Source of the DNA: an uncultured Verrucomicrobiae bacterium
Lineage (GTDB): Bacteria; Verrucomicrobiota; Verrucomicrobiia; Limisphaerales; JAFGQR01
Length of the DNA: 64,000 bases
NCBI GenBank assembly: GCA_963788655.1
Contig: CAWBHS010000072.1
Location: 320,001-384,000, forward strand
Reading direction: 5' to 3'
The position numbers and the translations under genes are program-made. The notes beneath the pieces are model-generated. The model was given only the letters and a program-made list of their open reading frames with translations. It was not told where the DNA came from and did not search any database. Positions 50,901-62,800 of this stretch are shown piece by piece. Position 1 is the stretch's first letter; each line of letters begins with the position of its first letter.

Positions 50901-53900
50901 ACCAGGGGGCGGCCTGGCAGGGAGTGAAGTTTCGATGACACGCTGTGGCCGCCGGGCAATGGCGCAATTGGGTTACGGCGAGGGCGACGAAGTGACGGGG
51001 AGCTATGAACCGCAGCGGCCAACAGGGTATATCACTGGACCATTCTATTTCCGCAACAGTTTCGTGCTGACCGATCCGACGGTCTATAAATCGCTCGCAA
51101 ATGACCGGTGATCATTCGATGATGGTGCGGTGGTGTACCTCAATGGCACGGAAGTGGTGCGCCACAACTTGCCCTCCGGCACCATCTCCTCCACCAGCGG
51201 CGGCTCCGTCACCGGCGAAAACGACTTGGTTAGGAACACTCAAGTGCCGCCCAGGTGTTACGCTCCGGCACGAATGTGGTGGCCGTGGAAGTCCATCAAC
51301 AGACACCGGGAACAGTTCGGACATTAGTTTCGATCTGGAACTCATTGGCAGCACCACCAATGCCTTGCCCACCGTCATGCTCACCAGCCCGGCGGACCAG
51401 GCGGTGTTGATATGCGCCCGCCAACATTGCCCTGACGGCGACCGCCAACGACAGCGACGGTAGCGTGACCAACGTCGAGTTCTACGAGGGCGGGGTGCTG
51501 CTGGGCGCGGACACGACGCCCCCCTACAGTTACTTCTGGCAAAACGTCCCCTCCGACCTCTACCAACTGACGGCGGTGGCGTACGACAACTTTGGCGATA
51601 CCTCCACCTCCAGCGTGGCCCATGTGTATGTGGTGGTTTCCACCGCGCCTACTGTCGAGTCGTTCAATCCGCCGGGCGGCAACATCAGCAGTTTGCGGCA
51701 GGTTACCGTCAATTTCGGTGAACCAGTCGATGGCGTGGATGCCGCCGATTTGTTGATCAACGGCGTCCCGGCAACCAGCGTGACCGGTGCCAACGCTCAA
51801 TACACCTTCACCTTCCCGCAACCTACCGAGGGCCTGGTCAATGTGACGTGGGCGGCGGACGCGGGCATTCTCGATCGCGAAGATCCGCCCCAGGCTTTCA
51901 ACACTCCGCGCCGGCCAATCAGGTGAGTTATAATTTGGTGGACGTGGAACCGCCAACGTTGGTGAAGATTGATCCCATCCCCGGGGTGACCGTGCCGGCG
52001 CTCACCCGGATCAAAATCACGTTCAGCGAACCGGTCGGTGATGTTCAGGGATCGGATTTGCTCGTCAATGGCGTGCCGGCGCAAAAGGTCACCGGCTCGC
52101 TGGAAGGTCCGTATGTGTTTGAATTCCCGCAGCCCGTGCCCGGCCCGGTGCAAATCGCCTGGGCTACGAACCACGCCATTCACGACTTTGCGCAGGCGCG
52201 TAATGAATTTGTCCCTACGCCGTGGGCTTATACGATCATGACCGCACCGTACGAGTTGGGGGTGCTTATCAATGAAATCATGTATCACCCGGCCTCAGAA
52301 GCGGTGAGCGAGGAATACGTCGAACTGTATAACACGAACAATGTGGCCGTCAGCCTTGCCGGTTGGACGATCACGGGCGGCATCGACTTTACCTTCCCGG
52401 ACGTCACGATTCCCGCCGGCGATTATCTGGTGGTGGCGGCGAATGTGGCTGGCTTTTCCGCCCGTTATTCCGGCATCACCAATGTGGTCGGCGGCTGGAC
52501 CGGACGGCTGAGCAACGGCGATGACAACCTCCGGCTGCGTAACGCGCTGGGCGATGTGGTGAACAGTGTGAGCTACGCCGACGAAGGCGATTGGGCGGTG
52601 CGAGTGCGTTCGACCATGTATCCGCCCGGCTGGGAATGGGCCAGCGAAGCTGACGGCGGCGGCAAATCACTCGAGTTGATGAACGCCAATCTACCCAATG
52701 ACAATGGACAGAACTGGTCGCCAAGTCTCGTAGATAACGGTACCCCGGGCCGGGCCAATTCCACGGCCTCCGGCAATATTGCCCCGTTGATTTATAACGT
52801 GGCGCACTATCCGCTCCTGCCGTACGCCACCAACGCCGTGACGGTGACCGCCCGGATCATCGACGAAACTCCGTCCGGCCCTACGACCGTGGTGCTCCGT
52901 TACCGAAATGCCTCGAGTTCGTCCGCGCCCCCCTACACGTTCAGCACGGTGGATATGTTCGATGACGGGCTGCACAACGATGGCATTGCCGGCGATCATG
53001 TGTACGGCGCGGAACTATCCGCCATGTCGAGCGGGCACGATCATGGAATTCTACGTTTCGGCAACCGATGGCTCCGGCAACACGCGCAACTGGCCGGCGG
53101 CGGCGCGGGAATCGAATGGCACGCCTGTCCAGTACGCCAACGCGCAGTATCAGGTGGATGACGGTTCCTACACGGATGCCATGCCTATTTACCGTCTCGT
53201 CCTGACGGGTTACGAACGCCAAGTGTTCCAAAACCTCAACAACAATAGTGACGCTGAAATGAACGCCACGTTGATTACCAGTGACGGCGCGGCCACCAAG
53301 TTGCGTTACAACGTCGGCATGCGCATCCGCGGAGCCGGTTCTCGTGGCCGCAATCCGAAGAATCTCCGGGTCAATATCCCCCGCGACCGACTGTGGAACG
53401 GCATTTCGGAGATGAATTTGAATGTTAATTTCATTCACTTGCAATTGGCCGGCAGCGTCCTGGCGCTCAAGTCGGGCTTGCCGGTGGCGGCTGCGCGAGT
53501 GCTTCAGGTGCGGCTCAACGGCAGCAATCTGGCCTACTCTGGCAATCCCCAAAATGGTTCAGGACAAGGTTCCGGCTTCGGTTCTTATGTTTTCGTCGAA
53601 CCCATCGGTGGCGAATGGGCGGCGTTGCACTTCCCCGACGACCCGAGTGGGAACGTCTATCGGGCTTCGCGGGCGCCGTGGACGGCCAACCTCGACTATC
53701 AGGGCACTGATCCGTTTACCTATCAAAATCTGGGCTACTCGAAAACGTCCAATCAAAGCGACAACGATTGGACTGACCTCATTGAGCTGACTTACGCCTT
53801 GTCGCCGAATACGTCCGATGCCTCGTATGTTCAGACGGTCCAGCAGCACGCCAACGTGGAATTGTGGATGCGGTATTTCGCGTTCTGTAATTACATCAAT

Positions 53901-56900
53901 TACAACGAAACCGCCCTGTGCAACGGCGTGGGCGACGACTACGGCCTGTATCGCGGCATGAACGATCCGCGGTTCGTCATTATCACGCATGACTTCGATA
54001 CCATCCTGGGCATGGGCGACGGTGACCGGTTGCAGAATACCTCGACGAGCATCTGGCGGCCGGTGGACAGTCCCCGCTCCTCCGACACGAGTCAACGGGC
54101 GAACTTCCTTTCCCGCTTCATGCGCCACAATGAGTTTGCCCCGCTGTATTTCCAGGAATACCAACGGTTGCTGGACACCACGTTTGTTCCCGACCGGTTC
54201 AACGAAGAAATCGACCGCCTGCTGGGTGGTTGGGTGCCCAACACGACCATCCAGGAAATCAAGGATTTCAATGTGAATCGCCGGGCGTATGTGGTGACGC
54301 AAATCCCCACCAATTACTCGCTGACCATCCCGCTCAGCCAGTCCGCCGGCATTTACAGCACAACCTCTCCCAGCGTGAACCTCAGCGGCAACGGCAATGT
54401 GCTACAAACACGGTCCGTCTATGTCAACGGCGTGCCCGCCACGTGGACCGCTTGGAATGGCACTTGGTCGGCGTCGAACTTCCCGCTCCTCCCGGGCATC
54501 AATCACCTCATCGTCCAGTGGCGCGGCGCCAACGGCGAGGAAGTGCATCGCGAGGAGGCCGGCGTGTGGTATGACGACGGATCGGTGGACACTGTGCCCA
54601 CAACCATTGCGACGGATCGCACTTTGACCGCGGCGGGCGGGCCGTACCGGATCACGAGCGATGTGACGGTGCCCAGTGGCGTCACACTGACCGTCGAGCC
54701 GGGAACGACGCTTTACTTTGGCCAGGGCGCCCGGCTCATCGTCAATGGAATCTTGAGCGCCCAGGGTACCGAAGCGCACCACCTCCGCATGACCCGCGAA
54801 CCGGGTGGCAGCAATTGGGGCAGCCTGGACTTCCTCAACACCACGGAGGAAAGCCGGTTGGCGTACGTCGATTTCAGTTACTGCGGCGGCACCTCAATCG
54901 GGGGCCACAACGCCCAACTCCACGTCAACGACGCGATGGTGTTCATCGACCACTGCACCTGGCCGTCCACGCCGGTGGTGGAATACATTTCCTTCGACTA
55001 CAGTTCGTTCATCGTCCAGAACTGCATCTTCCCCAGCTACCCGCCCCCGAGCGGCCCAGAGAGCTTGCACGGGGTAAACGGCATCCCCGTCGATGGCTAT
55101 GGCATTTTCCGGGACAACTATTTCGGGCACACGTGGGGATTCAATGACACCATCGACTTCACGGGCGGACAGCGCCCCGGGGCCATCCTGCAACTCATCC
55201 ACAACGTGTTCGACGGCGCCAGCGACGATCACCTGGACCTCGACAGCACGGATGCCTGGATCGAAGGAAACGTGTTCCTGCACGCGCACCGCGACCCAAA
55301 TCGGACGGACAACGCGCTCGACACGGCGAGCGCCATCTCGGGTGGGGTTGACAACGCCGGGCAATACTCGGATTGGACCATTATCAACAACGTCTTTTTC
55401 GACGTGGATCACGTCTTCCTGAATAAGGGCCCCAACGGCGGCGGTCGGGTGGCCTTCCTGTACAACACCGTCGTCCACGTGGCCAAGGAATACAGTGGTA
55501 GCACCGTGGCGGAGATCGGCGCCTTCAATTGGTCAGACGACAACGTGGCTCCCGCGCCCGTCAGCGCTGGTTCGGGGCTCTACGCCGCCTATAACATCAT
55601 GTATGACTGCGCCGTGTTGAACGTGAACTACGTGCCGGCCAACTACACGATCATCATGGACCACAACATCCTGTCAGTCCCCTGGACGGGTGCGGGCACC
55701 AACAACCAGGTGATTGATCCCCGTCTCAACCTGGCCGCGCTGGCCGGCATCGCCTACACCAATGCCACCGCCGACCAAGTGCTGGCGGCGTGCCAGTTGT
55801 TGGCCGGTTCGCCGGCGATCGGCGCGGGTTTCGGCGGACGCGACCTTGGCGGTCTCAATCCTTATGGCATTGCCGTGGATGGCGAACCCGACGGAGTTTC
55901 GGACTCGACGAGCGCCACGTTGACGGTTGGTCCGGGTGGCACGTTCGATTGGGGTAGCACCACGCCGCAGCCGTGGGGCTGGACTGCCTTCCGCTGGAAG
56001 CTGGACAATGGCCTGTGGAGCTCGGAAATCCCGGTCACGAACAACTCGCCGTTCACCAATCCGGCGACGATTTCGCTCACCGGCTTGAATGCAGGAGCGC
56101 ACACCGTTTATGTGGCGGGCCGGAATGACGCCGGGTTGGGCTATTACCAGGACGATCCGTTTGTCTATCCCGAAACCGCGGGCGTCTCCGCGCACGTCAC
56201 CGCCTCGCGCACGTGGGTTGTCAACCCGGCTGCGACGGGCATTCGGATCAACGAAGTGCTGGCGCGCAACGACCGGGCCGTCCGTGTGGGCGACAAGTAT
56301 CCGGACTTGGTCGAATTATATAATAGCAGTTCAGCCACAGTCGATCTGAAGGGCCTGAGCTTGACCGATGACAAATCCAATCCCGACAAGTTCACGTTCC
56401 CGCCGGGGGCCGTGATTGGCTCAAACAAATACCTGGTGCTGTATGCTGACAGCGACAACACTCCAGGATTGCACCTGGGCTTCGGGCTCAACCAGGATGG
56501 TGACGACCTTTATCTGTTCTCCGGGCAGGGGCAGTTGCTCGACTCGGTTACGTTCGGGCTGCAAATCGCGGATCGCTCGATTGGGCGGCTGGCTGGCGGA
56601 GCCTGGGGTTTGGCGAGCCCAACCTTCGGCGCCGCCAACGTGGCGGCGCAGTTTGCTGCGTCCGACGCGCTGTTGATCAATGAATGGTTGGCGGCGGGGG
56701 TCAGCCCGGTAACTGAAGATTTCATTGAGTTGTACAATCCCGCCAGCCTGCCGGTCGCGTTGGGTGGATTGTATTTCACCGACGTGCCGGAAACGGTGCA
56801 AAACCTGAAGAAAATCGCGCCGTTGAGTTACATTTCCGGTCACGGATTATCACTGTTCATCGCGGATGGCAACGGCAGTGCCGGCGCCAATCACGTCAAT

Positions 56901-59409
56901 TTCCGGTTGGCGGCGGAACAGGGTTTCATCGGTTTGTTTGCTCCGGATTTGAGCCTGATCGACTGCATCTACTACGGACCGCAGACCAACAATATTTCCC
57001 AGGGCCGCAGTCCCAATGGCAGTACCGAACATTGCCTACTTTGCCACGCCTACTCCGGGCTCACCCAATCCAGCCCCCTCGTCCGGCGCGGGCACCCAGA
57101 TTGTGATCAATGAAGTGCTCGCCAAGAATATTGGCATTGACCTGACCACGGTTCTGGGCTCGAACATTCCCAAGGCCACGCCGGAGTATATCGAGTTGTA
57201 CAATCCTACGGCCACCGCCCTGGACCTGGAAGATATGAGCCTGAGTGACAACATTGCTCTGCCGCGAAAATATACGTTTGGTGGGAAGATCATTGCGTCC
57301 CACAGCTCCGTGCTGATCATGGCCGACAGCGACGCGCCCGCGTCGGCCAACAATACCGGTTTCGGCATCAAGGCGAACGGCGACATCATTTACCTGTTTG
57401 ACAAACCCAACAACGGCGGCTCCTTACTGGATTCGATTAGCTACGGGGTGCAAGCGCGTGACTTCTCGATTGGGCGCGTGCCCGATGGCGGTTCGAATTG
57501 GGTGTTGAACCTGCCCACGCCGCGGGGCAACAACATCGCGGTTACGCAATTCGGTGATCCCATGCAGTTGACCGTCAACGAATGGATGGCCGACCCGGCG
57601 CCCGGCGATGACGACTGGTTTGAAATCTACAATCCCAACCCGCAGCCAGTCGAGGTGAGCGGCTTTTATCTGACTGACGAACCGGGCACGCCGGCCGGAC
57701 GCACCAAGTTCCAAATTGCCCCGCGATCGTTCATTGGAACGGGTTTGTACGGCTATGAACGCTTTATCGCGGACAATATCGTTACGGCCGGACCGGACCA
57801 TACGAACTTCAAGCTCAGCGGTTCCGGGGAAGCCATTGGCCTGTATCGTGATGTCAATACGGAGATCGATACCATCGTGTTTGGGCCGCAAATCGAAGGG
57901 GCGTCCGAGGGCCGACTGCCCGACGGCTCGACAAACTGGGTGCGGTTCTATACCACCGCCACGCCGGCGGACGCGAACTACCTGCCGCTCACTACGGTGG
58001 TCATCAACGAAGTGCTGAGCCACTCCAATACCAACACACTCGAAGACGCCATCGAACTGTACAATGCCTCGGCCGAGCCGGTGGACATCAGCGGCTGGTA
58101 CTTGAGTGACCAACAGCGGGAACTCAAGAAATATCGTATTCCCGACGGCCCCGCGCTTCCCGCGGGCGGCTATGCGGTCTTTTACGAGAATCAGTTTAAC
58201 AGCGGCGTGGACGCGACGAGCTTTGCTCTCGATTCGGCGAAGGGCGATCAAGTCTATCTCGCCACCGCCACCATGAACGGCGACTTGACCGGCTACCGCG
58301 CATCGGTGGACTTCGGCGCCGCCGAACGGGATGTCTCTTTCGGCCGTTACACCAACAGCGTGACCAATGTGCAATTCGTGGCGATGAGTTGGCGCACGTT
58401 TGGTCAGGACAATCCGGAAAGTCTCACCGAGTTTCGCCTGGGCACCGGGCTGCCCAACGCCATGCCGAAGGTCGGGCCGGTGGTGATCAACGAAATCATG
58501 TATCATCCGCCGGATCTCGCCGGGGTGGACAATGTCCGCGATGAGTTCATCGAGCTTTACAATTTCACCGGCGCCGACGTGCCGTTGTACGATCCGGATT
58601 ACCCGACGAATACCTGGCGGTTACGCGGCGCGGTGCGGTTTGACTTCCCGATCAACGTGATCATCCCGCCCGGCGAATACGTGTTGGTGGTGAGCTTTGA
58701 TCCGGTCAATGACACCAATTCCCTGGCGGAGTTCCGCGCGCGCTATCCAATTGCCGACAATTTGCCCCTCTATGGACCTTACAGCGGCAAACTGGACAAC
58801 GGCGGGGAAAGCGTGAAGTTGGAGCGGCCGGACAACCCCGAACCGCCGGGCGATCCGGATGCCGGCTACGTGCCGTACATCCTCGTGGACCGCGTCGCAT
58901 ACTCCGATTCCTATCCGTGGGATTCCTTTGCCGACGGTTCCGGCGCTTCGCTGCAGCGCCGCGATCCCGCCGAGTTTGGCAATGACCCGGCGAACTGGTT
59001 CGCGGCTTCGCCGACGCCGGGACCACAAGGAATCCTCGACAGTGACGGTGACGGGATGCCCGATGCCTGGGAATTGGAGCATGGATTGAAACCGTATTTC
59101 AATGACGCGTTGGAGGATGAGGACGGTGACGGACTGTCGAACCGTGACGAGTATCTGGCGGGCACATTGCCGGACGACAATACCAGCAGTTTGCGGTTGG
59201 AGGTGACTTATTCGAATCCGTTGGAGCTTTCCTTCGCGGCTGCCGAAGACCGGGCGTATATCGTCGAGTACCGTGACGGGCTTGGTGGCGGCGACTGGAC
59301 GGCACTCCAGGTTATCACCCCGCAATCCACCGCCCACGACGTGCAGATCACCGATGATCCTCAGAACAGTATGCGCTTCTACCGCGTGCGCATGGTCATC
59401 ATTCCTTAA
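44967..59409 (+). CDS. Giant secreted protein of about 4,800 aa: bacterial Ig repeats, LamG, lamin-tail domains, CotH kinase, beta-helix-like region (about ten frameshifts)
   Basis: ORF pieces from 44847 to 59409 join in domain logic; PP.V.IT.P...A.D.DG....V.FY Ig repeats; INEIMYHP lamin-tail starts; CotH-type RIRGAGSR and DDYGLY...HDFDTILG; C-terminal RFYRV domain; alternative start 44961. Confidence 0.78.
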
Positions 59410-59857
59410 GGGCAATCGAAACCCCAGACCTTGGCCGCCAGCCATCGTAGAGCATTTCGATCCGGCAAGCGGTGTGCTACTGCTGTTGTTTGAAGCGGCC
59501 CCTGTGCATGTTTTAAGGCGGCACGATCAAAGCATGGGCCGTTGCGGTCCACTCCAAAATGCCGGTGTGCGAGGCGCACGCTAAACGTTGGTGAGACTCC
59601 CGCCTGGATTTCGGAACGTCCAGCAAGTATTGGATTCCGCGTGGGCTTCCGCCACTTTCGTATTACTCGCTCGCTACCAAAGATGCCCTTAGCGGCGGTA
59701 GGTGCGGATTACGGCTTTCACACGTTAAAAGCCTGGGCAAAACTGAATTATACATTCGACGAATTGGGGGAATGCTGGTAATCTGTAACCGAATTATTCA
59801 GGGATGTTTGCACCGAATTTAGTGGCCACCTTGTGCGTCAAGAGAAGTAACCTAAGT

Positions 59858-62800
59858 ATGCAGAACCTTTTTCGACTGTCGTCCGTTCCGTTCACTGGGA
59901 TCATCCTCGGAATGTTGGTTTGTTCCCATCTGCCCGCTTCCGGCGCCATTTCCACCGGCCTGGAGTTCAATGGCGCCAACAATTATGTCACCTTCGGCGT
60001 TGCCCCGGAATTGGGCACTGCTACGTTCACATTGGAAACTTGGTTTCAATGGACCGGAGGCGGTCTTTCCGTGGTGACCGGCTCCGGTGGTGTTGATGCC
60101 ATCCCGCTGGTGGCTAAAGGCCGCGGCGAATCCGATGGCAACAATCGGGATATGAATTATCTCCTGGGCATCCGTCCGGGCGACCAGGTGTTGGTGGCGG
60201 ACTTCGAGGAAGGCGCTTCGGGCGCGAGTCCGGGGCAGAATCATCCCGTCGCCGGCGTGACCCGCATCTCGAGCGGTGTCTGGCACCATGCCGCGGTCAC
60301 TTATGATGGTTCGAACTGGCGTTTGTATCTGGACGGCACTCTTGAAACCACCCAGGCCGTCGGTCAACCGCCCCGTGCTGATTCCATCCAACATGCTTCC
60401 CTGGCGACGGCGTTGGATTCCAGCGGGACGCCGGCGGGCTACTTTGCCGGCGTCTTGGACGAGGTGCGGATATGGAATACCGCGCTACCGGCTTCCCAGA
60501 TTTCCAGCAACATGAACCGGACGATTGGATCCGCTCCGGGCCTGATTGGCCGCTGGTCTTTGGACGAAGGCGTCGGCAGCACGATCCAGGACAGTTCCGG
60601 CACCGGCGTGACCGGTACGCTGATGCAAGCGCCGGCGTGGGTGGCGGGCTATGCGTTCTCCACCCCGCCCGTGGTGGCGCTCACCCACCCGGCGGATCAA
60701 TCGGTTTTCTTCGCACCGGCGGACCTGGATCTGGAAGCCAGCGCTTCGGACGTGGATGGCACCGTGCAATGGGTCGAGTTCTTTTCTGGTTCAACCAAAC
60801 TGGGCGAGGCCCCGGTCGATCCCTTCACGTACACGTGGAACAATGTCCAGCCGGGACGATATGTGTTGCAAGCAGTGGCCACGGACAATGACGGTTTGTC
60901 CAGCACCTCGGCACCCGTGAAAGTGAATGTGGAGAATCCCATTGTCCAAATCAGTTCACCGCCTGATGAAACGGTCTTCCTGGCGCACTCGGATATTGCG
61001 CTGGCCGCTGAGGCCGCCGACCCGCAGGGGGCGATTACGCTGCTCGAGTTTTTCGAAGGCCACCATAAAATCGGCGAAGCCTCTAACCGACCGTTTCAGA
61101 TGATCTGGCGGGATACCCTGGCAGGCAACCACTCGGTGACGGCCGTGAGCACGGACGTGGGCGGTATTCATAACACTTCGGCTCCGGTCAACCTCACGGT
61201 GATTAGCAATATCCCACCGACCGTGTCCATAACCGGCCCGTTGCACAATGCCGTATTGTACGTGCCTGCTTCCATGACCATTCAGGCGGATGCGGCCGAT
61301 ATTGATGGCGCGGTCACCAACGTCCAATTCTTTCAAGGCAGCACGTTGCAGGGCAGCGATGATAGTGCGCCGTACTCTTTGTTTTGGCCAAGTGTGCCGG
61401 CGGGAGACTACCGCCTGACGGCGGTGGCCCAAGACAACTGGGGATATGCGTCCACTTCCAGCGTGGTTCACGTGCGAGTGCTGCCTACGGAGCCGCCCAC
61501 GGTTTCGTCCTTCACGCCACCCGCCGGAGTGGTGAGCAACTTGACCCAAATTACCGTCCTGTTCTCCGAGCCGGTCGATGGCGTAAATGCCAGCGATCTG
61601 TTGGTCAATGGCGCCCCGGCCTCGGTGGTGATCGGAGCGGACGACCAATACACGTTCAATTTTCCCATGCCGGCCGAGGGCCTGGTGACGGTGGCATGGG
61701 CTGGCAATCATGGCATTGTCGATCGTGAATCGAACCCGCGACCATTCAACGGTGCGGCTGCCGGTGAAACCGTCCAATACAACCAGGTGGACACTGCCGC
61801 CCCGGTCGTGTCCCGAGTGATCCCGCCGCCGGGTACCGTGCTGCGGACCTTGAGCCAGATCACGATTGTCTTCAGCGAACCAGTGCGTGGTGTGCAGGCC
61901 GAGGATTTGTTGGTCAACGGTGTTCCGAGCCGCAGCCTCACGGGTTCAGATACCGGCCCGTATGTGTTTTCATTTCCCGAATTGATCGATGGCACGGCGC
62001 AGATTTCGTGGGGGGCAAATCCGGGTATTACTGATTTTTCGCAAAGCACGAACGCCTTTGCCGGTGGCACCTGGGAATACACGTTGGACCCGAACGCCAG
62101 TTTCGACGGTGCCGTAGTGATCAACGAAATCATGTATCACCCGGCGTCCGAAAACCTGGGTGAGGAATATATCGAACTGCGGAATATAACCCCGGACGCG
62201 ATCAACCTGGCCAACTGGCGCTTCAGTCGGGGCGTGGACTTCACGTTCACTAACGTCAGCCTGCCGGGCAATGGCTACCTGGTCGTCGCGGCCGATCTGT
62301 CCACGTTTCAGAGCAAGTATCCCGGTGTGACCAACGTGGTTGGCAACTGGACCGGTCGGTTGAGCAATGACGATGAGGACATCGAGTTGGAAGATGCCAC
62401 CGGGGAGCGGGTGGACCTGATACATTACGCCGACGAAGGCGATTGGGCCGTGCGCCAACGGGGTCCCAATGATGGCGGCTATTATGGTTGGGAATGGTTT
62501 GCTCCTCATGATGGTTCGGCGCGAAACAATGCCAACGGCCAGACGGTGGGCGATCGCTCGCTCGAATTGGTCAATCCGTTGCTCCCCAACGACAGCGGGC
62601 AGAACTGGGATGCCAGTCAACTGGCCGGCGGCACCCCGGGGGCGTCCAACTCCATGACCAGCACCAACACCGGACCGTTGATCCTGGACGTGATTCATTT
62701 TCCGTTGGTGCCCAACCCCACCGACTCGGTCACCATCACCGCACGGATTGTGGATGACAGCGCATTCGGTTCAATGGCGGCCTTGCGCTACCGGAACCAT

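Noticed and set aside
7845..57030. Programmed frameshifting or mass pseudogenisation
   Set aside because: Indels hit unrelated genes (MFS, HtrA, ABC ATPase, DUF2851) with no common slippery motif and generally no in-frame stops; sequencing error is more parsimonious, though unproven without reads
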